A stretch of DNA of 64,000 bases from Mytilus edulis (Eukaryota): NCBI RefSeq assembly GCF_963676685.1, contig NC_092348.1, forward strand, positions 40,176,001 through 40,240,000, read 5' to 3'. Positions 47,881 through 60,405 of this stretch are shown here, one piece after another. Position 1 is the first letter of the stretch, and every line of letters begins with the position of its first letter. The notes under the pieces are model-generated. The model was not told where the DNA came from. It saw nothing but the letters and a program-made list of their open reading frames with translations, and ran no database searches. A program made the translations under genes and the position numbers.

Positions 47881-48688
47881 GCCTACGAAAATTTTAACAA
47901 AGGACTACTAGCAGTTACTTACATGCCAGCTCCAGATCTCAGTTACAGCCGATTTCATTGAGTGTGTAATAAAATTTAGAATCCTTGGTTAGCTTGCTTG
48001 TTAGCTGAACCGTAAAGTCGTTATTATGTAAGGTATACTTCCCTCCTTTCGAATTAGTCTTGACTTACAGACATGTAAATTGGCTATACTCGGACTTGTC
48101 TACTCGTAAAGGATGGCAGTTTACCCAACCTGCAATCGGCTGTAAACTGATTGAAAGATTATGTCTTCATCCCTCGAATATGAAGCATAATTCCTCTTTT
48201 ACATGTATAACACTTATTTTAACATGGGTCAATATTATGATATTCTCACTTATAGTTCAGGTCCTGATAAAAAAATTTACACATCCAGTACAGATAGACG
48301 TGTTTTTGTGCCAGTTGTCTTGTTTTCGAGGCAGAAATGTTTTTTAATGCCATTATACAGGTTTAAAGAGCTCAAAATATTTACGTTCTGAAATTCACTG
48401 TTTCACGCCGTGAAATTAGTGAACAGGTACAATACATAACTATGGAACAAACCTGTGCAACTACTTTTACAAGGCGAAAAAGAAAGTCGAATTGTGAAGT
48501 CCGTAAACAATACATTTTTAATCTGAGCATGCAAATTGAAGATTATGTTATATATTAATATATGAATAAACATATTTGCAGAACAAAAATATTTATTTTG
48601 AGAATCCCAGACACTATATTAGTTTTCACTTTTTCCATTAATTCCACGTGTTGTCAAGTGATAGTACACTCGTAGTAGCCCACAATGC

Positions 48689-48826
48689 CAGTGGCGGATC
48701 CAGATATTTTCCTAAGGGGGGGGGGGGGCGCTCTAGTCATGCTTCAATGATTCCCTATATAATCAACCAATTTTTTTCCACGAAAAGGGGGGGGCGGGCC
48801 CCTCAGGGCCCCCTGGATCCGCCTAT
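48689..48826. mobile_element. hAT-like MITE
   Basis: CAGTGGCGGATCCAG … CTGGATCCGCCTATG inverted termini; a fragment also lies at ~9463-9520. Confidence 0.7.
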
Positions 48827-50664
48827 GAATGCATTATAGTTCATTGAGTCTCTTCGGGCACTCCGACTTCCTCCACTTTTAAAACCTGACCACCATGAAA
48901 TTACGATTGTTTTCACAAGCATTCTACACATTACAGATGTATTTTACAATTCTTAACTAATTTTACCTGTGGAAGTGAATGTGCTACATGTATGATGTTT
49001 CTATATTCAGATGCAGTTCTATGAGTTCCTAATGCATGTTAAATTTCATTAAAAATCCGAAATATTGCTCAAAAAACTTTAAAAGAACTATTATATTTTA
49101 TCATAATATATTAAATATTTCTTTATTGAAGCTAAGTACATTTCGGCTTTAAAAAGTAGATTGTAGGACATTCAACTAATAATACTTTTTATCTGTTGTT
49201 GAGAGACATTATTGACTTTTATATATTTACATAACGATTAGATAACTTTTATCTTTAACCGAGTGCAGACATAAGAAACATGGTCGATTTTTTAGTATTA
49301 TATCTGTCTTTTCTTATTTGGGTGAGTAATAATTTTCTTATGCTTGTCTGGTATAGATATTAGATTTCCTAATCAGTTTCAGGAGTCTTTCTAATAATCT
49401 TTTTCAGCTAGATACTTTTTTCAACATCGAGATAAAAGATTTCAAATTTTTGTGACATTTTTACTGCATATGTGACAGAACAATTGTAATAAAGGTCTTA
49501 TCCGTTTCTAAGAAAAAAATCTCATATAAATCTAAATTTAATTATTATTTTTTATTTTTATTTTTTTTTAAACTTTTTAACTTTTTGTCACTTTTTATAT
49601 CACATCTTTATCAGCTGAATAGGAGTTTGCAACCTTTCAAAATGATGTTTTGTAACTTGTTTTTCTATAATCACGGTGGGTGTAGTTAGGGGGAGGGTTG
49701 GGATCCCGCTAACATGTTTAACCCTGCCAGAGTATTTATGTATGTGCCTGTCCCAAGTCAGGAGCCTGTAATTTAATGGTTGTAGTTTGTTCATATGTTA
49801 CATATTTGTTTTTCGTTAATTTTTTTTTAATATAAATAAGGCCGTTAGTTTTCTCGATTGAATTGTTTTATATTGTCATATCGGGGCCTTTTATAGCTGA
49901 TTCATTTTGGTCTCTTGTGGATAGCTGTCTCAATGGCAATCATACCACATCTTCTTTTATAGTGTCCGGCAAGGATCGTGGTTTTTCGAGTGATTTGTTC
50001 GGGCATTTTCGAGTGTGACCACTTTTTTTCCGAGTGATTGTGATAAAAAATGTAAACAAATAGACTTCCTTTCTGACAAGACCTGATATACAAGCTTGAG
50101 GTTAATATACAAGGTTATACAAGGTCTGTTAGTATTTAAAATAAAAAAGTTATTACCATTCTGACATTGTTTATCGTTAAAAATGTTCAATTTAGCCTTA
50201 CAATGCTTTTATTCCATAATATAGAATAAACCCATTTTTATACACATACCAATATAATTTAATTTTGGATGTAACACGTCTTCTGATTGGCTGACGTTAT
50301 TTTGTTATGAGCCCATAGACATAATTTAGTCATGTGACCGTGACGTCATCAACGTTTTTTCATGGTTTTCTACGGTTTAAAATGGAATTTAGAATTAAAT
50401 TATAAGAAATGACTGTAATATTTTTTCTGTCTATTCGAAATAACATAAAAAATGTGGTGCACACTGTTAAATAACCCGATACGCGCGTTATTCAGTGTGC
50501 ACCAAATTTTTTATGTTATTTCTTCATAGACAGAAAAAATATTACAGTCATTCCTTAAGTAAATGTCGAAGAAAATACATACATGGAATCTATATATCCT
50601 TTGATATACAGACACTTTACAAAAAATATTTTTATTGCATTGAAAACGGCATTGTGAGACTAAT

Positions 50665-51835
50665 ACAAAAAAGACGATGTGGTATGATTGCCAATGAGAC
50701 AACTAACTATCCACAAAAGACCAAAATGACACAGACATTAACAACTATAGGTCACCGTACGGCCTTCAACAATGAGCAAAGCCCATACCGCATAGTCAGC
50801 TATAAAAGGCCCCGATAAGACAATGTAAAACAATTCAAACGAGAAAACTAACGGCCTTATTTATGTAAAAAAAACTAAATTCTTTTTGTTATTGTCCGGG
50901 CTTTTTCGAGAGCAGTACGAATTTATTTCAAACGGGATAGCACATCCTCATTTTTACGGAAATGTTGTTAACCGTGCACGGAAATTTACAAATGATCCAT
51001 GTAAACTTGTCGCTCCTTTAAATAAACTTATTCTAAAAGGTTACCTATTCAACACTGTAATTAGATCATTGAATATTGTTCTTATTGGTATAAATATTGA
51101 TTTTGTTATCAGTAAATTAATAGCTAACTAAATATTACTAGTATGTTATATGCATATACATATTCATAGATCTACAATCTGTCGATACCTGTAACTTGGC
51201 ATTGCACAAGGTCATGTTTTTCTCTGACTGTTTATGACGTCTTTACACTAAATCCATGGGTTGTTGGATGTGTACGGATTGATAGTTTAGTCTTAGTTGC
51301 ATGATTATTTTATTAGTTGTTCGTGGCTTTGAACTAGCTGTCAGATAACTGCGAGTACTCTCAGATATGTTCATTGTGTCTTTTGTGTCGGGATATATAA
51401 GTACCGGGCCAGGTCCACATGTATTTTTGCCCATCTGATGAGTTAAGCCTTTTTCAACTGATTTTTATAGTTCGTTCTTATATTGTATTGTTATACCACT
51501 GTCCCAGGTTAGGAGGAGGGTTGGGATCCCGCTAACATGTTTATCCCCGCCACATTATTTATTTATGTGCCTGTCCCAAGTCAGGAGCCTGTAATTTAGT
51601 GGTTGTCGTTAGTTTATGTGTTACATATTTGTTTTTCGTTCATTTTTTTACATTAGTTTTCTCGTTTTAATTGTTTTACATTGTCTTATTGGGGTCTTTT
51701 ATAGCTGACTATGCGGTATGGGCTTTGCTCATTGTTGAAGGCCGTACGATGACCTATAGTTGTTAATGTCTGTGGCATTTTGGTCTTTTGTGGATATTTG
51801 TCTCATTGGCAATCATACCACATCTTCTTTTTTTA
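50665..51835 (+). mobile_element. 5'-truncated Naiad-type PLE (family 2) with inverted pseudo-LTR at the 5' junction
   Basis: RT tail 50915-51131 (GIAHPHFYGNVV..PLNKLILKGY..TVIRSL) is homologous to the end of the family 1 RT; 50665-50878 is the reverse complement of ~51640-51835. Confidence 0.82.
51226..51292 (+). promoter_or_regulatory. SECIS element (type II)
   Basis: GACUG/UAGUC helix I; AUGA 51234-37; helix II GUCUUUACAC/GUGUACGGAU; AAA 51250-52 (12 nt after AUGA); mini-stem UCCA/UGGA; UGAU 51280-83. Confidence 0.8.
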
Positions 51836-52101
51836 TATTAATTAGTGTGTGGTTGGTTTGAAATATTTTATCGTGAATTTCAATTAGATATAAAAGAGGG
51901 ACGAAAGATACCAAAGGGACAGTCAAACTCATAAATCCAAAACAAACTGACAACGCCATGGCTAAAAATGAAAAGACAAACAAACGACAGCACACAGGAC
52001 ACAACATAGAAAACTAAAGAATAAACAACACGAACCCCACCAAAAATAATGTTTACTTCATAACTATTTGATAAACAGTAAATAAACTAGAAAGTAAGTA
52101 A

Positions 52102-53384
52102 TACCCCAGTCCCACTAGGCCACGATCGCACTACGATCTGTGAAAAAAATGCAAATTTTGATGATCGTAGTACGATCGTGTAGATCGCAGTAAGGTCGTA
52201 TCACGGTCGTGGTGAGGTCTTCAAGATCGTGATGAGCGTGGCCAACTTTGAACATGTTCAAAACAATCGTGGTGCGGTCGTGGCCAAATCAGGTCGTAGT
52301 AGAAGCGTAGTGAGAGCGCACTAAGATCGTAGTAAGATCGCAAAGGTCGCTGTACCATCGTAGTGAGAGCGTAGCGAAAGCGTGATTCTATTCGGAAAAA
52401 CTGCGCTACGATCACATTGCGACGTTATTACGACCTCACTACGATCATCACGTTCTCACCGCGACCAAACTACGCTTCCACTACGACTATACCACGCTGT
52501 TCACGACCATAGTCCGATTCTAGCACGCTCTTGTCGTCCTCATCACGCTCTTCTTACGACCTGACTACGTTCACACTACGACCATCATTCTCATTGTAAT
52601 TTTCACATAAAATATACAAGAAAGCTCCCTAGATTTTGTTTGTCTGAATGTAATTAGCCATTTGCTCTAACGGCTCAACCATGCTTCTAGTTTTTATATA
52701 GATTAGACCGTTATTTTTCTCGTTTAAATGTTTTTCCACTAGTAATATTTTGGGCCCTTTATAGCGTTCTGTTCGGTGTGAGCCAAGGCTCCATATCGTC
52801 ATTTGAGCTTTATGGACGAGCAATTTAGGTTGGATTGGTCAGTCCGACCTCTCTGCTTGATCAGGAATCGTTACTTTGCTCCCTCTGCCTCTACACCAAC
52901 CCCTACCACCACGCCCACGTGTTCTAGTAGATTTTGGTGGCATGACTGTATTGTTTCCGAGAAATCTACATATTAATCAGAAATAGAAGGAATGGAACTG
53001 TATTGATATGGAACACGATGTTGACGTTATTGCTGAGAACATAGTAAGATCGCAGTATGAACGTAGTATAATCGTGCTATAATTGCAGTAAGATCGTGCC
53101 ATAATTGCAGTAAGATCGTGTTGCAATCGGATAACTCGTGGTATGGTCGTAGTGAGAACGTGAAGAGCTCTTGATAAGTGTGGTGAGGTCGCAGAATAAG
53201 CGCGGTGAGAACGTGGTCTAATCGTGGCGGGATCGTTGTAGAAGCGTAATGGGGACGTAGTAGCATCGTGAAAGCAACGAAAATTTACATTTTCACGCCG
53301 CTCATACCGCGACCTCACCACGATCTAATTTTTTTTTAGATCGCGGTGAGCGTGGTGCGATCGTGGTCTATTGGGACTGGGGCT
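52102..53384. mobile_element. Full-length non-autonomous PIF/Harbinger-like element
   Basis: ~30-bp TIRs CCCCAGTCCCA(C/A)TAG(G/A)CCACGATCGCAC; TAA target duplication at 52099-52101 and 53385-53387; internal remnant ORF MPPKSTRTRGRGGRG on the minus strand from 52943. Confidence 0.8.
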
Positions 53385-53574
53385 TAACATAATTATTCTG
53401 AATTGGCTGAGGGTATTCAACCCTTTTGATAAAGTGTATCAGTCATTCCTGAACACACGGTTTTAAATACGATTGTCATGTCAAATCATGGTGGCAATCA
53501 CTTTGCGTACATATTCGTAAAAATGATCAACAGTTCTGTTGTTTCCCTTCATTTGTAAATGTATCTTTTCATAG

Positions 53575-56500
53575 GATTTCATACTATATTTGAAAATAAA
53601 AGTGAAGAATGGTCTTGCGAGAAATCTGAAACACCCACAGTTTGGATTCTTTGGCTGGATTGTTATGAAGGCAGGTATAATATCATTATCAGTGTCAACT
53701 TTTCTAGTTACATGAGTACATATTGAGAATATATATGCGTTGATTTCTCTTTTGAATTGTTTTACATTTTGTTATACAAGAGCCTTCTATAGCTTGCTAT
53801 GTGGTATTGCTTTCGCTAATTGTAGAAGGTGACCTAATGTTGCTACTATCTACGTCGTTTAGTAGTGGTGGATAGCTGTCTCTTTGGCAATCATATCACA
53901 TCTCCTTATCTTATATTATAAACCCTCCTACGTAGTAGATTTCAATCATCATCGTCATCCTCAGTCTTTGTTGAAGTATGGTTTTTAATACTTTTCCAAA
54001 GCCGTCAATGACAACAAAGATGACGTCTGCAAATTAGGCAATGGAAAAAAGAACATGTATTAATTCATGAAACTTAATCGATATATGCCCTTGTAAAACG
54101 CTTTTGTTGTTGTTCTTTGTCTCAGTTCACAATGAGGATTTCAACACTGTAGTAATTTAACTCGAACTCTGTTTAAGATTCTAAAAGTACCCACATGTTC
54201 TTTTTCTCCCATGTAAACCTTCGTCACTTCCAAGTTATAACGATGGTTTTACATTGTACTACATGTATGTCCTAACTTTGTAAGTGTGTGATGCAAATTT
54301 CGACTGCAACTTTGGTCACGTTGAATATTTCTGATCCTCTTAGTATATCGGTGTATCACAAAATTGAAAAACAAAGCTAAAATTCTCCAGAACAAAACTA
54401 TTATATTAATTAACAAGTAAGTCCTATACAAACATTGGGAAACCAGGTCTATCAAACCTCAGTTTCTTGAACATTGGCAACAGAGTTAAGTAATTGCATG
54501 TTCACAAAATCTGCAATTGCAAATGCCCATAATATTTGAAAGACATTTTTTTTGAAAAGTCTTTTTGCACACCATATCTACAACACAAGTTCCAGTCATT
54601 ATAACCACATGTACTCTGTTAGATATTATTATTTTATTCATTGTAATTTAATTAGATTTTCTTATTTTCTTAGTTTTAAACACTGACAATAAGTCAATCA
54701 ATCTCTAGCTGCTCTGTATAGGCCTTTTTTGAATTTAAGCTCACAAATGTTTTACTTTTTGGATAGTCAGTTTTATGTTTCAAATTTCCCATTCAAAACA
54801 CATTTTAATAGATTCTGTACCGTTGCTAGTGATTCTTCATCTCCAACAATGTGCCACCGGTTAGTGGCCTGTACTTCGTTATTTGCATGATAAAAATGAT
54901 ACATTTGGACGATAAATTTCTGGTTTAAACATTCTATAATCGTTATTATTGTGATTCTATGTCAGTCAGAAAAAAATAGACAACATACCCTTTTGATTGT
55001 TGTGTTTATGGCCTTTTAGTTGTAAGGCTCTTAAGTATTTTCCAATTTAAGAAAATGTATAATCCTCTTGGACATGTTAAGATCTTCAGTCGGTTATCGA
55101 AAATAGAAATGATATCAGGCATCACGGTCATAAAACTTTCGAGCATGATTTTTGTACTCAGACTCGAAAATCAACCAATCAATCAATTTGCTGGATTTCA
55201 TGTTTCGATCACGATTTTTGTGCTCCAAGCACTGAGCAAAGTTTTATGCGTTCAAGTCATGAACCTCGAATTTCCACAGCTTCATACATAGATGTTGAGT
55301 GGTTTCAGTGTAAACTTCGGATGTTAATAAAGAATAATCAAAAGACATGTTTCTTCTAGGAAAAGCAAGTGAAAATGCCTTGTTCTGAATTTGTTTTAGA
55401 ACATTACTCTGTACCTATTTTTCAAATATCATATGTATTGAAACATGAAGATGTGGTATGATTGCCAATGAGACAAGTCTCCACCAGAGACCAATGACAT
55501 AGAAGTTAACAGCTATAGGTTATGGTAAGGTCTAAACAATGAGCAAAACCAATACCCCATAATCAGCTTTAAAATGCCCCTAAATGACAAATGTAAAACA
55601 ATTCAAACGAGAGCAATGAGGGTTTGATTTATGTACGAAACAACGAACGAAAAACAAATATGATATACTGCAACAAACGACAACAACTGATGTGGTAATG
55701 AATTACAGGATCCTGTCTTGCGACAGGCACATACAGAATGTGGTTCAGTTAAACTAGTTTGCTGGCGCCAAACCCTTACCATATCCTCGGACAGTAGTAT
55801 AACAGAATCATATAAGAACAAATTATAAAAACCAGTTGAAATGGCTTAACTCATATCGAAACAAAGCAGAAAAACAACTAACAAAAACACAGACCGGACG
55901 TTGCAGGATATTATACAAATGTGTTTATATTTCGAATGTTTAAACTGTGAACTAACATGCAGTAACATTTTTAGATATTTCTGAATAAGAACACTTACTT
56001 AGAAGAGAAAGCGGTTAACCTTTGTAGAATCGAACCGACCCATAGGGTACTAGAAGTAGGATTCGGACTTGGAATAGGGTTAACTTCTGCGTGCAGATAT
56101 GTTGAAGGCAAGTTTATACTTATTTGATATACAGATTGATGATGATTCGATTAAAAAAAAGAAGTTTAGAATCAATTCTCAATGATTGAGATACTTTTGT
56201 ATGCCCCACCTACGATAGTAGAGGGGCATTATGTTTTCTGGTCTGTGCCTCCATTCGTCCGTTCGTTCGTCCCGCTTCAGGTTAAAGTTTTTGGTCGAGG
56301 TAGTTTTTTTTATTGAAGTTGAAGTCCAATCAATTTGAAACTTAGTACACATGTTCCCTATGATATGATCTTTCTAATTTTAATGTCAAATTAAAGTATT
56401 GATCCCAATTTCATGGTCCACTGAACAAATAAGAAGATAGTGTGAAGCTCAGGTTAAAGTTTTTGGTCATGGTAGTTTTTGATGAAGTTGAAGTCCAATC

Positions 56501-58410
56501 AACTTGAAACTTAGTACACATGTTAACTATGATATGATCTTTCTAATTTTAATGCCAAATTAAAGTATTGACCCCTATTTCACGGTCCAGTGAACATGTA
56601 AAATGATGGTGCGAGTGGGGCATCCGTGTACTATGGACACATTCTTGTTTTATATATTTAAGGAAGATTATTTCGAATAGAAGTTGCTTGGGCAAAACAT
56701 TTTATTCATAGCCTAGGTAAACGCCAGAAGAGTGACAAAATATTAAGAGACAAATGATTATTTAATATAGTTTTCTGTGGAATGTATTTGCCCTCTAACT
56801 TTCCCCTGCTAACAGTCAGTTAAGCAGAACATATGAACCTTTACAAACACTCCAGTTCACCCTTATTTGGGTTCTGATTATTTTGCATTGTTAAAAGTCT
56901 CTAAGATAAAGGTATCGTATAAACTTACTACAAAAAGGGGTCAAGGTCTGATTAACCCCGAAAGATGGACAAGTCATTGATACACCAAACATAGTTGACC
57001 TATCACTTGTAAATACTAGTAGGGGGAAAATCATGTTACATGGTTTAAATATAATTGAGCGCAGGACATTGAGCAAAAATGAAGACTACTAAAATGACCA
57101 CTATATTTCGCTAAAATATCCTACGCTATTTTACATCTAAACCGTGATCACATGCCCATTGACAATCTTCGGAAGTCACATCGCGATCGATGGTAATAGG
57201 TTACATGTTATAAGATAGCCTCCTGTCCCAAATTGTTAATACTTCATAACGATTCCGTGTATTTCTCAAAACATGTTTAACACCTTGGGCTGTTTTCTGC
57301 TCTTTGATCAGGTTGTTGTGTCTTTGACACATTCCCTGTTTCCATTCTCAATTTTATTGTTTATTGCTTCATAAGAAACTTTTGTTTTTCTGTTATTCGT
57401 TTGAATATATTATTATTAATCAAAGTTGAAAGATTGAGTCAATTCTAAGGACGTTTTTATGCCCCACCTACGATAGTAGAGGGGCATTATGTTTTCTGGT
57501 CTGCGCCTCCGTTCGTCCGTCCGTCTGTGCCTCCGTTCGTCCGTCCGGTTAAAGTTTTTGGTCGAGGTAGTTTTTGATGAAGCTGAAGTCCAATCAACTT
57601 GAAACTTAATACACATGTTCCCCATGATATGATCTTTCTAATTTTAATGCCAAATTATAGTTTTGACCCCAATTTCATGGTCCACTGAACATAGAAAATG
57701 ATAGTGCAAAGTTCAGGTTAAAGTTTTTGGTCAAGGTAGTTTTTGATGAAGTTAAAGTTACATCAACTTGAAACTTAGTACACATGTTTCCTATGATATG
57801 ATCTTTCTAATTTTAATTCAAAATTCAAGTTTTGACCCCAATTTCACGGTCCACTGAACATAGAAAATGATACTGGGAGTGGGGCATCCGTGTACTATGG
57901 ACACATTCTTGTTTTGACATCTAATGCACCTGTTATCAATGACAACCTACCAAACTCGCTTACAAATATTATAATTCTATATTTTCAGCTAATAAAGGTA
58001 AAGTGTATGGGATTGACATATCCGACAAAATAATAAGCACAGCCAAACAGACATTACAAGTAGAAATTCGGGAAGGAAAACTACATATTCAAAAAGGTTG
58101 TGTCTCTCTACTTCCTTTTGAAAATGACACGTTCGACCGTGTATTTCATTGTAATTGCTTTCATTTCTGGCCAGATCTGTTGATATGCTGTAGAGAGCTT
58201 TATAGGGTTTTGAAACCCAATTCCTTCATGGTTACAACATTGTGTATAAAGTCAATCAAACATGCCCGCGAGAAAGGACTTTTGCAGTATGGACCTCAGG
58301 ACCATTTAGTATTTATTGAAACACTAGAAAAGGCATCATTTAAAGACGTTATGTTGGATACTTTTGAAGAAAACGGAAAGAAATTTGAAGCGATTATTGC
58401 ATTCACTTAA
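53575..58410 (+). CDS. Class I SAM-dependent methyltransferase (Methyltransf_11/25-like); start exon not identified
   Basis: Exons 53575-53670 (LARNLKHPQFGFFGWIVMK), 55975-56107 (motif I VLEVGFGLG) and 57989-58410 (VYGIDIS, LPFENDTFDRVFHCNCFHFW, ELYRVLKP). Confidence 0.85.
55430..55860 (-). mobile_element. Naiad family 2 3'-end fragment
   Basis: Reverse complement of ~51430-51835; further copies at 49686-49940, 53740-53915, 27416-27700, 63200-63405. Confidence 0.7.
56195..56649 (+). mobile_element. HINE element with two ~170-bp internal units
   Basis: ATGCCCC-hairpin-GGGGCAT, (CGTY)n, two CAGGTTAAAGTTTTTGGTC units, GACACATTCTTGTT end. Confidence 0.8.
57454..57913 (+). mobile_element. HINE element with two ~170-bp internal units
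   Basis: Near-identical to 56195-56649. Confidence 0.8.
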
Positions 58411-60034
58411 TACGTTAAAGCTGTTAAGGTGTAAGGTTCTGTGTACCATGTGCTTTCGGCTATTAATAAGATATTATATTTACAACGGTGTTTTGCATTA
58501 TTTTCTTTTCTCCATTTTGAAACCACACATGTCCATGAATACCAGACTTAGTTGACTGAAAGAAATATATTTCAAGTGGGGGTAAAAGTTTCAACCAGAT
58601 CTTTGAAACCAGAAATTAGAAAATTACACTTGTTTGAATTTCTCACTGTACCAGTCAGGAATCTACTTCGTCAAAATTATCTCCCCATTACGCCAGTTAA
58701 TTTTCACTATTGTAGAAATGGAAGCCATTGTAGGGATGACGCGCTGCCAATTTTGCTCTTGGAAACCGATATAGCACCATCACGATCCTTATATGTCAGT
58801 TGTATTATAAAAAACAAATATATCTTCTTGCTAATGAGCATCAGTTAATGATTTTGTCTGCATTGATTCAACTTAAACTATTGTCTAATTGGTTGCCAGG
58901 TGGAATTTTTAAAAATTCATAAACATTTAAAAAAAATTCTAATTAAGGCGAAGTGTACGTAATTGCACGCCTCTAGTGGAATACGGGATTAAAAACATTC
59001 GTCGTTAGTTACGCAAGTTATCTCCCTTACTCCAAGAAAGAACACACGAAAGAGAAACTACTTTTTGCGGTTTTTTATGAATCCAACAAGCACGCCTGTG
59101 CTGTCTTAAAACCTCATAGAAATTTAATTAAATTACTCCTATTAGAAATCAAAGCATTCTGTACGTTGTTCCGTGTGCAGCCTGACTTTAAAAACTTTTG
59201 TTTTGTTTTAGACGCGTAGGAGAAGGCATTTCGTGTTTATGATATCAACAGAACGAAAAAAAAAACACCTCACAACAACATTATCAACAAATAAACAAAT
59301 AAACATGTAACAATTTTACTTCTATTGATATCAAATTAATAAAAATGAAACCTGAATTGACCCAGCAATATCGTTTTAAAAAGACGTAGACGTAGTCTTG
59401 AACGAAAAACACAGTACTCAACGTAAAGTTTTTATAATAGGTTACAAATAATTAATGAAAGACGTGTGAATTAAATTGTTAAATTTAAAAAGACGTTGAA
59501 ATGTTCGTATTTTGTGCAATTGAAAATTTTATGACATGATATATATTCATATAAGAAATCAAACGATACCAAGAGAATAATTTGACCACTAGCGCAACAC
59601 TTACAAGTCGGTAGAATAAAGACAACAAACGAAAAATAAACAAATTAGGCCCAAAAAATTACTCAGTAACTTAAAAGTTGTTTCACTCTTACATTTATGT
59701 TAAAATAAGTAAAAACTATGTCATTCAACTCCTAGTTTTGAACTTTTTCTACATCAGTACATGTGCAGAAAATAAACAGGTGTCTTCTATTCCGTCCGCA
59801 ATTTATGGGAAAACTAAATCTAAATTTAGAACCAAATTGAAATTGAAATTACACATGTAAGATAAACTATAACATGTCATTTCTTCTTTATCAAATTCCA
59901 ATTTCGAAGAGATATATAGCGAAATCTGTTTTTTTTTATTGTGCCTGTGTGCATCATTCAAAATAAGAGAATGTAATTTTGAAGTAACAAGTCTCAATTC
60001 AAGATTATTAATGAATGGAATATAATATTACGAA

Positions 60035-60245
60035 AAAGGGGGGGGGGATAGGATCTTCATCGGGACTCCGGGATCTGTTGTTTTTAAGCTCGGGATATCG
60101 GGATTGACCCTTTCGGGATCCGAGAATTCTATTTCCGAAATTCGGGATGTCGGCATTGAAATTTATTTAAATTCGGGATCTCGGGATTTCGTATTTTTAA
60201 GCACGGGATTTCTGGATCTGGACCCCTCCTTCCCGCTTCCCTCTA
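60035..60245. repeat. Short MITE-like repeat made of CGGGAT units
   Basis: G-run start, about nine (T/C)CGGGAT-like units, C-rich end. Confidence 0.5.
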
Positions 60246-60405
60246 TTACGGTTTAAGAAAAGAGGTCAGGAAAGTTTTGTGACACTTGTAACTGCAATTT
60301 ATTATGGTGGAATGAGAGGTGAAATGTGTTCAGACTATTACATTTCGATAGCTTTTTAAAGAGTTTTTTTTTTTAAATTTATATTGTGTTAGAATTATTG
60401 TGTTT

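Noticed and set aside
51435-51465. Hammerhead at CTGATGAGTTAAGCC (similar at ~5832)
   Set aside because: No GAAA after a stem II and no stem I/III pairing; the stem is also too short for a SECIS.
53940-54885. Possible antisense micro-exons in the methyltransferase intron
   Set aside because: AG/GT-bounded segments exist, but the phases do not join into an open frame and no recognisable protein results.
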